Of a stretch of 64,000 bases of DNA, positions 30,199-40,261 are shown piece after piece. The number at the start of each line of letters is the position of its first letter. The stretch's first letter is position 1. This stretch comes from Candidatus Zambryskiibacteriota bacterium. Lineage in GTDB: Bacteria > Patescibacteriota > Minisyncoccia > Phycocordibacterales > WO2-35-19. The DNA lies in NCBI GenBank assembly GCA_048499675.1, contig JASNZL010000008.1, positions 27 through 64,026 of the forward strand. The letters are read 5' to 3'. The position numbers and the translations under genes are program-made. Under the pieces are notes generated by a model that saw only the letters and a program-made list of their open reading frames with translations, was not told where the DNA came from and searched no databases.

Positions 30199-31299
30199 AT
30201 GAAACTAGAATGTAATAAAGAAGTGTTAGATAAAGCAATCCAAAAAACAACCAGACTTGCAGGAAAACATTTAACACTACCAGTGCTTTCTTGTGTATTT
30301 ATAGAAGCATTTGGAGACGGAAGAGTGTTGTTAAAATCTACAAACCTAGATCTTGGTCTTGAATTAGAAATAAAGGCAAAGGTTTTTGAAGCAGGAAATG
30401 TTGCTGTGCCTGCAAATATTTTTTATGGGGTCTTATCTTCGGTTAAAGACGATGTTTTGATTTTGGAAAAGAAAGATAATAATTTAAAAATCGAAACAAA
30501 AAGTAATTCAGCTTTAATAAAATGCATGCAAAGCGAAGACTTTCCAAGTATTCCAAAATTAGAAAAAATAAACCCAATCAAAATAAACTACGAGGATTTG
30601 ATGCTTGGTTTTAAGTCTGTTTGGTATAGTGCATCAAATTCTAGTATAAAACCAGAACTTGGTAGTGTTTATATATACAAAGGAGATAATGGTTTAGTTT
30701 TTGTTTCTACAGATTCGTTTAGATTGGCAGAAAAAACAATAAACACAAAAATTTCTGATGATTTTCCTACAACACTAATACCATACAAAAATGTAGCAGA
30801 AATAATGAAAATATTTGAAGATGGTAACGAGGATATAGAAATTATATTTGAAAAGAACCAAGCCGCTTTTATAAGAAAAAATGTGTATTTAGTATCACGT
30901 CTTATTGATGGTAATTTTCCTGACTACAAACAAATTGTGCCAAAATCCTATGTTTCGAGTGCGACTATTTTAAAAAATGATTTGATTAACGCCATTAAAA
31001 CCTCAAACATATTTTCTGATAATTTAAATCAAACAAAAATAAAAGTTATCAATAAAGAAAAAATCTTAGATATTGAATCAAAGAATAATGATGTGGGGGA
31101 GTATAGAGAGTCAATAAAAGCATCAATAAACGGCGATGATATAGAACTCAATTTCAATAACAGGTATATTACCGAATGTATGCAATCAATACCTTCTGAA
31201 AGCATAACCCTTAGTTTTGGTGGTATAGGCAAACCACTTATGATTACAGGCTCTTCAGATAAAAGTTTTGTTTATATTGTGATGCCGATGAATAGGTAG
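30199..31299 (+). CDS. dnaN: DNA polymerase III beta sliding clamp
   Basis: STNLDLG, EDFP, STDSFRLAE, SRLIDGNFPDY, IVMPM. Confidence 0.97.
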   Translation: MKLECNKEVLDKAIQKTTRLAGKHLTLPVLSCVFIEAFGDGRVLLKSTNLDLGLELEIKAKVFEAGNVAVPANIFYGVLSSVKDDVLILEKKDNNLKIETKSNSALIKCMQSEDFPSIPKLEKINPIKINYEDLMLGFKSVWYSASNSSIKPELGSVYIYKGDNGLVFVSTDSFRLAEKTINTKISDDFPTTLIPYKNVAEIMKIFEDGNEDIEIIFEKNQAAFIRKNVYLVSRLIDGNFPDYKQIVPKSYVSSATILKNDLINAIKTSNIFSDNLNQTKIKVINKEKILDIESKNNDVGEYRESIKASINGDDIELNFNNRYITECMQSIPSESITLSFGGIGKPLMITGSSDKSFVYIVMPMNR

Positions 31300-31498
31300 G
31301 GTAGGAAAATATAATTACTCTAATTACTAATTTCTAAACAAATTCTCAAATTCAAAATTTAAAATTTAAAATTAAGACATTTATTAAAAATTAAAAATTT
31401 TAAATTAAAAATTTAATCAGTAATATTTGTGTATATTAGTAATTAACCCTTATTTTAAACTTTAAAACTTGTAACTTTTTAACTTTACAACTAATTAT

Positions 31499-31747
31499 AT
31501 GTTTAATATTTCACAATTTTTTGAAAAGTTTAAAAATATTGAAAAAAGCAGTAGTGAAAAAACTTCTGTTGTTATAAATACAATAAAAAAAATTACCAAA
31601 ATAGAGCTTCAAAAAGAATCTCTAGAGATTAAAGAAGAAACTATAAGATTAAAATGTAGTCCTGTTTTCAAAAATGAAATATTTATGAAAAAGGAACTTA
31701 TTGAGGAGGATTTAAAGAAACAAAAAATTTATCTGAGAATTACTTGA
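31499..31747 (+). CDS. Small hypothetical protein, possibly DciA/DUF721-like
   Basis: 82 aa after dnaN; LKCSPVFKNEIFMKKELI resembles the DUF721 helix. Confidence 0.55.
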   Translation: MFNISQFFEKFKNIEKSSSEKTSVVINTIKKITKIELQKESLEIKEETIRLKCSPVFKNEIFMKKELIEEDLKKQKIYLRIT

Positions 31748-33879
31748 TCTAGAGGCACTGGATTATCAAAATGTAAACCCCTTTCTTGCGCCCAAACTCT
31801 TACAGGGTATTCCCATCTTTCATATTGAGGATCATTATTTGGTTCATCTACAAAATCACCTCTAGGATCATCTTTGTTTAACCAATTTAGTATTGAATGT
31901 ACTCCTCCTGTGACCATATTGCCCTCAAACCTTCCACCTTGCCAAATTCCATGCAAAACAGGTTTATCAGTCATTTCTGTAACTAAAGGATCCTCAAAAT
32001 TACTTACAGGCATTTTTGCAAGAGCTCTATCCATAAAAGCTCTCCACATTGGAGCTACTATAAAACCAGCAACCCTTTTCTCCATTGGGCTATTGTCGTT
32101 ATTTCCAGCCCACGCTCCAACAGCTATGTCTGGAGTATATCCAATTATCCATGCATCCTTGTAATCATTGGTGGTACCTGTTTTTACCGCAACGTCTCTG
32201 GTTGGGAAATTCAAAGCGGAGGATTGACCAAAGGCAGGGGTTCGAGCAACATTATCTGAGAGAATACTAGAAATTTTTAATGCTATTTCCTTTGGTAGTA
32301 CTTGTTTTGTTGTTGAGTTCATTTTTTCAAGAACTTCACCATTTTTATTTTTAATTTCTATTATTGAAACAATATTACTCTTTACTCCTTCATTTGCAAA
32401 AACTCCATAAGCACTAGTAATTTCTAGTGGGGTAACTTCTCCACCTCCAAGCACTAAAGTAAGACCATAGTCACCTCGGTTAGAAAGTGATTCCATACCC
32501 ATATCTCGCGCAAGTCTTATAGATTCGTTTAATCCTGCTAAATAAAGTACTTTTACTGAAGGAATGTTCAAAGATTGAGCCAGAGCGTTTCTCAAGGTTA
32601 CTGGGCCTCTAAAAACATTGTCGTAGTTTTCTGGAGCGTAACAACCGTTACCCATCGTTAAATTGTTTGGTGCGCAAGTTGTGGAGAACTGTGTTTTGAG
32701 GTCAAAAACAACTGTTTCTGGTGTATATCCTTTTATAAATGCTTGAGCATAAACAAACGGTTTGAAAGTAGAACCCGGCTGTCTTTTTGCCGTGGTGACA
32801 TTGAATGCCCCATCTATTTCTTCATCAAAATAATCTCTGGATCCAACCATTGTTATTATTTCTCCAGTCTTTGGGTTTAGGGCGATTATAGAAGCATTTT
32901 CTGCATTAAAATTTTCTTTATTAGACATCGCGTAGTCGTGGGCTATTTTTTCTGCAATATTTTGTAGTTCATAATCAAGGGTGGTAATTATTCTTAAACC
33001 ACCATTGTTTACAGCGTCTTCACCGTATTTTGCTTTAACTTGTTCAAGTACATAAAAAACAAAATGGGGAGCTTTTATGCTGGTGTCAGCTTTTTCATAA
33101 AAAACAACCTCTTCTTTTATGGCTTCGTCGTATTCATTTTGGGTTATAAAATTGTTTCTAAGCATCTCTCTCAGTACCAAATTTTTTCTCTCTTCTAGTT
33201 TTTCTTTGTTTTTACCATAAGGTGAATAGTATGTTGGCGCTTTTGGCAATGCTGCAAGGTACGCCGCTTCTGCCAAAGTAACATCACTTGATTTTTTACC
33301 AAAGAAAGCCTCGCTCGCTTCTTCAATACCGTAAATAACCCCACCATAAGGAATCTCATTTAAATACATAGAAAGAATCTGGTCTTTATCAATCATTTGT
33401 TCTAGTTTGATAGCGATTACCCACTCTTTTATCTTTCTTGATATTGCCTTTTCGCTAGTTAAAATAGAATTTTTTACTACTTGCTGAGTTATGGTAGAGC
33501 CACCCTGACTAAAATTTAATGAAAGAATGTTTACAATAACTGCCCTTAAAAAAGCTTTTGGTTTAACCCCAATATGGCTATAAAATTCCCTGTCCTCTAT
33601 CGCAATTGTTGCATTTTTAATATGTCTAGATATTTCTTCAAGTGGAACCATACTCCTTCTCATATTGCCACCTGTGTCGTATAGCAAAATTTCACCAGTT
33701 CTGTCATATACTTTGGTTGATTCTGTAATACGCCTTTCTCTTATTGACTCAGATGTAGGTACTTTAAATGTACTTACCCAAACCAAAACAAAAGCTCCAA
33801 CTATAAAAAAGGAAGACAAAAGAAGCATAAAAAATGCCTTGAGGAGAGTCCGGTGCTTTTTTACAAAGTGTTTAAACAT
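31729..33879 (-). CDS. Class A penicillin-binding protein (PBP1A family)
   Basis: EDREFYSH, QGGSTITQQ, RKIKE; transpeptidase QPGSTFK, SLN, KTGT. Confidence 0.95.
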   Translation of the reverse strand: MFKHFVKKHRTLLKAFFMLLLSSFFIVGAFVLVWVSTFKVPTSESIRERRITESTKVYDRTGEILLYDTGGNMRRSMVPLEEISRHIKNATIAIEDREFYSHIGVKPKAFLRAVIVNILSLNFSQGGSTITQQVVKNSILTSEKAISRKIKEWVIAIKLEQMIDKDQILSMYLNEIPYGGVIYGIEEASEAFFGKKSSDVTLAEAAYLAALPKAPTYYSPYGKNKEKLEERKNLVLREMLRNNFITQNEYDEAIKEEVVFYEKADTSIKAPHFVFYVLEQVKAKYGEDAVNNGGLRIITTLDYELQNIAEKIAHDYAMSNKENFNAENASIIALNPKTGEIITMVGSRDYFDEEIDGAFNVTTAKRQPGSTFKPFVYAQAFIKGYTPETVVFDLKTQFSTTCAPNNLTMGNGCYAPENYDNVFRGPVTLRNALAQSLNIPSVKVLYLAGLNESIRLARDMGMESLSNRGDYGLTLVLGGGEVTPLEITSAYGVFANEGVKSNIVSIIEIKNKNGEVLEKMNSTTKQVLPKEIALKISSILSDNVARTPAFGQSSALNFPTRDVAVKTGTTNDYKDAWIIGYTPDIAVGAWAGNNDNSPMEKRVAGFIVAPMWRAFMDRALAKMPVSNFEDPLVTEMTDKPVLHGIWQGGRFEGNMVTGGVHSILNWLNKDDPRGDFVDEPNNDPQYERWEYPVRVWAQERGLHFDNPVPLDQVILR

Positions 33880-33933
33880 CTTAGGTATAATACATATTAT
33901 GCCAAAAATTCAAAATTATGATAGAGTTTTAGT

Positions 33934-35331
33934 ATGAACAATCAAAAAACAAATATTTTTTCCGATAAGGAAGTTGAAGAATTTTTTGATCCCGATGGTG
34001 TTTTTGCCAATAAAATAAAGGCAAAAAAAGAAGGAAAATATAACAAAGACATAGTAATAAAATTTGGCGTTGACCCAACAAGACCAGATATTCATCTGGG
34101 ACACGCCGTTGTATTTAGGTTTTTGAGAAAAATGCAAGACATTGGTTGCAAGGTAATATTTTTGGTTGGTGATTTTACAGCGAGAATAGGTGACCCAACA
34201 GGTAAAAGCAAAGTTAGACCAGAAATAGAACAAGCTGAAATAGAAAAGAACATGAAAACTTATCTTGAACAAGTTGGCAAAATTCTTAGAACAGACAAGG
34301 AAGTATTTTCTTGGATTAGAAATTCAGATTGGTTTTATGGAGTAGAGGATATTGTTCCCGGAATAGGGGATAAAGTCACAATGAATGTTAAAAAAGCTGG
34401 AATTGCTTTTGATGCCGAAATACCAGCAAACAGTTTTATAGGAAAGGCGGCTCTTTTTGAAAACACAAGAATGCAGTCTTCTGTGCTATCAAGAAAACAA
34501 ATAGTATCAATAACCGTAAGGGGACTTCTTTGGACCTTGAGACACATTACACATCAAAGATTGATAAGTAGAGATATGTTTCAAGATAGACTCAAAAAAG
34601 GAGAGGAATTATATATGCATGAAATGCTTTATCCAGTACTCCAAGGTATAGATTCTTTTGTTTTGGCTCAAATATATGGCTCTTGCGATTTGGAAATTGG
34701 AGGCACTGACCAAACATTTAATATGTTGATTGGTAGAGATATTATGAAAATTAATGAGACTGCTCCTCAAGCGGTGATATCGTGCAAAATACTAAAAGGG
34801 TTGGATGGTAAAGAAAAAATGAGTAAAAGTTTGGATAACTATATCGCTATCAATGAAGAACCAACGGAAATATTTGGAAAAGTTATGTCGATCCCCGATG
34901 AGCTCATAGAAGAATATTATAGTTTATGCACAAATTTAGATGAGCAAGAAATAGATAGCAAAATCCAAGAAATAAAAAATGGTAAAAATCCAAAAGATAT
35001 AAAGGTTAATCTAGCCAAGGAGATTATAAAAGTTTATTATGGCAACAAAGAAGCAGAATCGTCCGCACTCTCTTTTGAAAACGTTTTTTCAAAGGGAAAA
35101 TTTCCAGAAGACTCAAAAATTATTGAAGCCGGAAAGGAGGAAAAAATATGTGATGTTTTGGTTTCAAACAAAATAGTCGCTTCAAAATCAGAATACAGAA
35201 GGTTGGTAGAAGGGGGAGCGGTTACTGATCTTCCAGATTACAAAATAGAAAATACTGACGAACTTATTGGGAACAAAGAAAGAAAATTACGAATAGGTAA
35301 GAAAATATTTGTAGTGGTTAAACCCGTTTAA
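33934..35331 (+). CDS. tyrS: Tyrosine--tRNA ligase
   Basis: FGVDPTRPDIHLGH, GDFTARIGDPTGK, YPVLQGID, GGTDQTFN, KMSKS, C-terminal S4-like domain. Confidence 0.96.
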   Translation: MNNQKTNIFSDKEVEEFFDPDGVFANKIKAKKEGKYNKDIVIKFGVDPTRPDIHLGHAVVFRFLRKMQDIGCKVIFLVGDFTARIGDPTGKSKVRPEIEQAEIEKNMKTYLEQVGKILRTDKEVFSWIRNSDWFYGVEDIVPGIGDKVTMNVKKAGIAFDAEIPANSFIGKAALFENTRMQSSVLSRKQIVSITVRGLLWTLRHITHQRLISRDMFQDRLKKGEELYMHEMLYPVLQGIDSFVLAQIYGSCDLEIGGTDQTFNMLIGRDIMKINETAPQAVISCKILKGLDGKEKMSKSLDNYIAINEEPTEIFGKVMSIPDELIEEYYSLCTNLDEQEIDSKIQEIKNGKNPKDIKVNLAKEIIKVYYGNKEAESSALSFENVFSKGKFPEDSKIIEAGKEEKICDVLVSNKIVASKSEYRRLVEGGAVTDLPDYKIENTDELIGNKERKLRIGKKIFVVVKPV

Positions 35332-35335
35332 ACAT

Positions 35336-35367
35336 AACAAAAAACGCCCGAGTGGGCGTTTTTTGTT
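35336..35367. terminator. Bidirectional intrinsic terminator
   Basis: aacaaaaaacgccc-gagt-gggcgttttttgtt between convergent genes. Confidence 0.85.
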
Positions 35368-35368
35368 A

Positions 35369-35533
35369 TTACATGTCTACTTCTTCCTCTTCCTCTTCGT
35401 CGTCTTCATCTTCATCACCACCTTCCTCCTCTTCTTCTATATCAGGAGCCACTTCTACATCGTCATCGTCTGCTAAAAGTTTTGGATCGATTTCTGTTGT
35501 TTCTTGATCCAATACATCATCTTCTTCTGGCAT
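35369..35533 (-). CDS. 54-aa highly acidic small protein (not in the ORF track)
   Basis: MPEEDDVLDQETTEIDPKLLADDDDVEVAPDIEEEEEGGDEDEDDEEEEEEVDM, clean GAN codon usage, followed by a terminator. Confidence 0.7.
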   Translation of the reverse strand: MPEEDDVLDQETTEIDPKLLADDDDVEVAPDIEEEEEGGDEDEDDEEEEEEVDM

Positions 35534-35652
35534 ATTTTAAAAAATTATTTCTAATACCAACTCTTGTTGGATGAGTAATTTGTAACATACCAAAAACTTT
35601 TTGCAATAATACTGGACACTAAAATCTGTGGATAATTATTAGATGTTTTAAA

Positions 35653-36168
35653 TTAGTTAAGAGTCAACCTAATAGCCGAACAAGTAAGAGCTGTTGCTAT
35701 CGCATCATACTCATCATCCAATCTTTTTTTTGGTTCTAATTTTAGTATTTTGTGTATCATTTGAATAATCTGTTTTTTGTCGCTTTTGCCATAACCAGTA
35801 ACAGCAAGCTTTATCTCGTTTGGGTTAAACTCTCTAATCAACAAGTTTCTTCTCGCACCTTCATTTATTATTACTCCACGAGCCTCTGATACTTGCAAGG
35901 CTGTTTTTTGGTTCTTACTAAACAAAAGAGTTTCAATAGCCATTTCCTGAGGTTTAAATTTTTCGATGATATCTTGAATTTTTAAAGAAAGAGAAAGAAG
36001 TCTTTTGCTGTGAGGGAGTTTTGGGTCTGTCTCAAAACATTCAGAATAAATTAATTTATCAGTAGTGTTATTCTTTTCTATTATTGCTATACCGATTCTT
36101 CCATACCCAGGGTCAATACCCAAAATACGGCTTCTAGGCAATAACTGAGAGCTTAGAGTTTTTTTCAT
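35653..36168 (-). CDS. ruvC: Holliday junction resolvase RuvC
   Basis: ILGIDPG, AIETLLFSKN, VSEARGV, IKLAVTGYGKSDK, DDEYDAIA. Confidence 0.95.
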   Translation of the reverse strand: MKKTLSSQLLPRSRILGIDPGYGRIGIAIIEKNNTTDKLIYSECFETDPKLPHSKRLLSLSLKIQDIIEKFKPQEMAIETLLFSKNQKTALQVSEARGVIINEGARRNLLIREFNPNEIKLAVTGYGKSDKKQIIQMIHKILKLEPKKRLDDEYDAIATALTCSAIRLTLN

Positions 36169-36197
36169 TTTTTTATTTTACTTAAAGCTTCAAGCTT

Positions 36198-36731
36198 TTA
36201 TGTTGCATTACAAAAAACTTCTTGAACTTCTTCATTTTCTTCTAATTCTTCTATAAGGGCGTTTAGTTTCTCACCATCTTCGGTGCTTATGTTTACGTAT
36301 GTGTTTGGAATCCAACCCTCTCCTATTTTTTTGGTAAATGCCCACGAAGCAGAACCCGGGGTAGCTAACTCAAAACCATTTTTAGAAAGTATATGTTTTA
36401 TTTCTTGAGCCGCTTTATTTCTGTTTCCTGTTAACGCGTCTATTATTATTGCACAACCACCGGGCCCATAACTTTCGTATGTGATTTGTTCCATTTCTAA
36501 CGAGTCGGTGCCCACGCCTTTTTTTACTGCTCTCTCTATGTTGTCATTGGGAACATTTTCGGATTTAGCTTTTAAAATTGCGTTTCTTAGTCCAGGTGAG
36601 TTTGTATCACCTTTTGCTAGTCTAGATTCTACAGTGATTAGCTTAACCATCTTGCTAAAGATTTTACTTTTTTGTGCATCGGTAACCGCTTTTTTATTTT
36701 TTATTTTTGACCATTTATTATGTCCAGACAT
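36198..36731 (-). CDS. yebC: YebC/PmpR family protein (short form)
   Basis: MSGHNKWSKIK, NIERA, YESYGPGG, EVQEVFCN. Confidence 0.93.
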   Translation of the reverse strand: MSGHNKWSKIKNKKAVTDAQKSKIFSKMVKLITVESRLAKGDTNSPGLRNAILKAKSENVPNDNIERAVKKGVGTDSLEMEQITYESYGPGGCAIIIDALTGNRNKAAQEIKHILSKNGFELATPGSASWAFTKKIGEGWIPNTYVNISTEDGEKLNALIEELEENEEVQEVFCNAT

Positions 36732-36744
36732 TTTTTTATTTTAA

Positions 36745-37755
36745 TTATAATAATTTGTCTTGGTGTGGGTAATCTATGCCTAAGTGTAGATACCCATGCT
36801 TAGTTAAAATTCGGCCTCTTGGTGTTCTTTCAATAAATCCAATCTGTAAGAGATAGGGTTCGTTAAATTCTTCAATTGTAGACTCTTCCTCTGAGAGAGA
36901 GGCGGCCAAAGTGTTCAGACCAACTGGGCCCCCATTAAATTTTTTTGCTAGTGTTTCAAGAAGGATTCTGTCTGAATAATTAAGTCCCATATTATCAACA
37001 CCCAACAAATCAAAAGCTTCGTTTACCATCCTTTCGCTCAATTCTTCTTTTTTCATTTGGGCGTAATCTCTCACTCTTTTTAGAAGATAATTAGCGGTTC
37101 TTGGTGTAAAACGACTGCTTTTTGAAATTAATTCTATGGCGTTTTTATCTGTCTTTACTCCTAAAATTTTGGAAGACCTTTCAATTATTTTTGCTATTTC
37201 TTCATTTTTGTAAAATTCTAATCGGAATACACCACCAGAAAATCTGCTTCGTAGTGGTGAAGATAACATAGCGAGTCTTGTTGTGGCCCCAATCAAAGTA
37301 AAAGAGGGGAGATCAAGCTGTATTGTACGAGCACTTGGTCCTTTGCCGATTATTATATCGAGTGAACGAGATTCCATCGCGGGGTACAAAACTTCCTCAA
37401 TTGATTTATTTAGTCGGTGTATCTCGTCTATAAAAAGAATATCCCCAGGCGATAGGTTTGTAAGTATAGAAGCAAGGTCACCAACTTTTTCAATTGCTGG
37501 ACCTGAAGTAGAACGCATTTGACTGCTCGTTTCTTTGGCTATTAGATGGGCTAGCGTTGTTTTACCAAGTCCGGGTGGACCATAAAAAAGTATGTGTTCT
37601 GGCGGATGTTCTCTTTCTTTGGCTGCACCAAGTAGAATTTGTAAGTTTTTTTTAATTGTTTCTTGACCAATATACTCTTCCCACCTATTTGGTCTTAGGG
37701 TTTGATCAAGAAAATCATAGTCTTTTTCGGAGTTGTTTATTTGTTTCTTATCCAT
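36745..37755 (-). CDS. ruvB: Holliday junction branch-migration ATPase RuvB
   Basis: LRP...EYIGQ, GPPGLGKTTLA, FIDEIHRL, GATTR, GGPVG, RTPRGR. Confidence 0.98.
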   Translation of the reverse strand: MDKKQINNSEKDYDFLDQTLRPNRWEEYIGQETIKKNLQILLGAAKEREHPPEHILFYGPPGLGKTTLAHLIAKETSSQMRSTSGPAIEKVGDLASILTNLSPGDILFIDEIHRLNKSIEEVLYPAMESRSLDIIIGKGPSARTIQLDLPSFTLIGATTRLAMLSSPLRSRFSGGVFRLEFYKNEEIAKIIERSSKILGVKTDKNAIELISKSSRFTPRTANYLLKRVRDYAQMKKEELSERMVNEAFDLLGVDNMGLNYSDRILLETLAKKFNGGPVGLNTLAASLSEEESTIEEFNEPYLLQIGFIERTPRGRILTKHGYLHLGIDYPHQDKLL

Positions 37756-37793
37756 AACTATATTATGCCCTTTTTAGTATAATATAAAAGGCA

Positions 37794-37861
37794 TTGACAT
37801 ATTTTATGGTATATGCTATACTTAAAAAGTTATTGTATATTGAAATGATAGGATGTATAAT
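37794..37861 (+). promoter_or_regulatory. Two tandem sigma70-type promoters facing a non-coding hairpin
   Basis: TTGACA-17-TATACT (37794/37817) and TTGTAT-17-TATAAT (37833/37856). Confidence 0.7.
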
Positions 37862-37867
37862 ATCCTT

Positions 37868-38046
37868 TTGTAAGAAGTTTGGGGCTACAAATCTCTAAGC
37901 GGCGGTTCACTTTAGTGGATTTTGACGTTAAATCAAGGAAACATCGGTACCATTTTGTTAAAGGGTGGATCGCTGATGTTCCCCTCAGAGTAATGTTTTG
38001 CTTTCGGTACAAATATTGAAAGTGCCGCTTAGAGATTTGTGTCCCT
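37868..38046 (+). ncRNA. Candidate 6S-like structured RNA
   Basis: Closing stem acaaatctctaagcggc/gccgcttagagatttgt, inner stem aacatcgg../..ctgatgtt, central unpaired region, about 180 nt, own promoter, no plus-strand ORF. Confidence 0.55.
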
Positions 38047-38137
38047 AATTTTGAAAATTTAATATCCTATTTCCATTATTCACAAAAGTTGCGCATCGGC
38101 AATTTTTTTTGTGTATAACCAATAATTTCTTATACAA

Positions 38138-39817
38138 TTATTCTTCTAAGTCAATAACTCTCTCTAATTCATCGAGTGAGGTTATGCCTTTTAGTATTTT
38201 GATTATTCCATCTTGCTTCATATCAAGTAGACCTTGATCTTCTGAAGCTTTTCTTATTTCTCTTTCGCTAGGGTTCTCTTGTACAATAGCTTCAATTTTT
38301 TCATCAGTTAGGATTGCTTCATAAATTCCTGTTCTGCCTTTAAATCCAGTAAAATTACATTTTTCACACCCAACCGGTCCAAAAATATTATCCATAGATG
38401 TTCCCACAAGTTCTTCTTTGTCTTTTATTTTATCTACTATATTTGAAATAATTAATTTTTCTTGTTCAGTGGGGGAATATTTCTTTTTGCAATTTTGACA
38501 CAATGTTCTAATAAGTCTTTGAGCCATCGCAATATTTATTGCCGAAGTAATAACTTTTGGGTTTACTCCTAAATCAATCAATCTTGGAAAAGTGCCCGCA
38601 GCATTGTTAGTATGAAGGGTTGAGAACACCAAGTGGCCCGTCAAAGCAGAATTAACAGCGATTTCTGCTGTTTCGCTATCTCTAATTTCTCCAACCATTA
38701 TTATGTCTGGGTCTTGACGCAGAGCACTACGCAAACCTTCCAAAAATGTATATCCCTTGTCTTCCTCGGTTTGGGTTTGGACGATTCCTTTTAGGTGGTA
38801 TTCAATCGGATTTTCAATGGTAATAATTTTAATGCCCGCGTTGTGTACATGTTTTAGAAAAGCATAAAGAGTGGTTGTCTTACCGCTTCCGGTTGGACCA
38901 GTGTTTAAAATCATCCCGTTTGGTTTTTTTAGTTCATGTATCAAAATACCAAGCAATTTTTTATTTATACCTAAGTTTTCCAATGACACAGAAATTGCAT
39001 CAGGATTTAAAACCCTAAGTACAACTGATTCACCATATCCTCCTGGCAAGAGGGAAGTTCTGATTTCTATTTCTGTTTCCTCTATTTTGATGCTAAACCT
39101 TCCGTCTTGAGCTTTGTTTTTTATATTTAGTTTTAAATTGGAAATAAGTTTTATTCTTGAAAGCAGGAGATTATATATATTGTGGTCCATTTCTAGTATG
39201 TCGTTTAAAACGCCATCCAGACGATACCTGAGTCGTACAGAAGAGTCTTCTGGTTCTATATGGACGTCAGATGCCTTAAGCGAGATTGCTCCAGCTAAGA
39301 TGATTTCCAAAATTCTAGTGATACGGTAGCTCTTTTTTTGAGCTATAACATGTTCGATTGATGTTTTTATATCTTTTGCTGTTTTAACATCTTTTACCAA
39401 GTCTTGTATTTCTTCGTTGGCAATGTCAAGCGCACCTCCTTTTGTTTCCATAGAATACGAGAGATCTTTGTATCTCTCCCAAACTTTTTGAAGACTTTGG
39501 TGTGAGGCCAGAAAAATATTTACTGTGTATCCTTTGTTTTTAAGCTCATCAATCAAAGCCATTGTTTTTGGATTGTTTGGAGAAACAACTGCAAGTGATA
39601 TTTTTTTGTTAAGCAAATTAAATGGCGCTACTTCTGCCATTCTAGCGTCATTTTCGTGAATCATTCTCAATGAATCAATGTTGATTGGGCTGACCGAAAG
39701 ATCTACATAAGAAAGACCGTATTTTTTTGACATCATTTGTGCCAAACCTTCTTCTTCAAGTTCCCTTAATTCTTCCAATTTTCTTTTTTGTTTTCCTTCT
39801 TCAAAATTTATTGTCAT
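38138..39817 (-). CDS. GspE/PilB family pilus/secretion ATPase
   Basis: ASDVHIEP, RYRLDG, QDGRF, TGPTGSGKTTT, LRQDPDIIMVGEIRD, STLHTN, CxxC pairs. Confidence 0.95.
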   Translation of the reverse strand: MTINFEEGKQKRKLEELRELEEEGLAQMMSKKYGLSYVDLSVSPINIDSLRMIHENDARMAEVAPFNLLNKKISLAVVSPNNPKTMALIDELKNKGYTVNIFLASHQSLQKVWERYKDLSYSMETKGGALDIANEEIQDLVKDVKTAKDIKTSIEHVIAQKKSYRITRILEIILAGAISLKASDVHIEPEDSSVRLRYRLDGVLNDILEMDHNIYNLLLSRIKLISNLKLNIKNKAQDGRFSIKIEETEIEIRTSLLPGGYGESVVLRVLNPDAISVSLENLGINKKLLGILIHELKKPNGMILNTGPTGSGKTTTLYAFLKHVHNAGIKIITIENPIEYHLKGIVQTQTEEDKGYTFLEGLRSALRQDPDIIMVGEIRDSETAEIAVNSALTGHLVFSTLHTNNAAGTFPRLIDLGVNPKVITSAINIAMAQRLIRTLCQNCKKKYSPTEQEKLIISNIVDKIKDKEELVGTSMDNIFGPVGCEKCNFTGFKGRTGIYEAILTDEKIEAIVQENPSEREIRKASEDQGLLDMKQDGIIKILKGITSLDELERVIDLEE

Positions 39818-40086
39818 ATAAATATTATAGCACGCTGTTTGGGATAGAATAAGTTAAAACAACACGAATTAGGGAAACGAGGTACGAGATACGAAGTACA
39901 ATAAAATATTAAATTCTAAATACTAAATCCGAAATATTAAACAAAACTTTAAATTCTAAATTCAAATGTTCAAAACAAAAATTTTATTTTACAATTTAAA
40001 ATTTATAATTCCAGTAACTTGAAAATTAAATTAGTAAGATTGGTCCGCCCGCAACGCCTTAAGTGAAGCAATTGCGGGCAGCAGGT

Positions 40087-40146
40087 TTCCAAGGACTGTC
40101 CTTGGAAGTGAAAAAACAAATTTTCCAAGGGCTACCCTTGGAAGTG
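40087..40146. repeat. Pair of short palindromes (REP-like)
   Basis: tttccaaggactgtccttggaagtg and tttccaagggctacccttggaagtg. Confidence 0.7.
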
Positions 40147-40208
40147 TTTTTAGGATTGTTTTTCAATGTATTTGGTTGGTGTATTGGAACAAAAAAGGCC
40201 TGAAGCCA

Positions 40209-40237
40209 TTGACAAAAGGTTTCAAATTTGCTATAAT
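40209..40237 (+). promoter_or_regulatory. Consensus sigma70 promoter
   Basis: TTGACA-17-TATAAT with TG extension, then an AGGAG SD before 40262. Confidence 0.8.
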
Positions 40238-40261
40238 TAGGGTAGAGAAGGAGAAAGTACA

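Noticed and set aside
37830-38012. 60-aa minus-strand ORF
   Set aside because: It is antisense to the promoter-driven hairpin RNA candidate and has no recognisable features.
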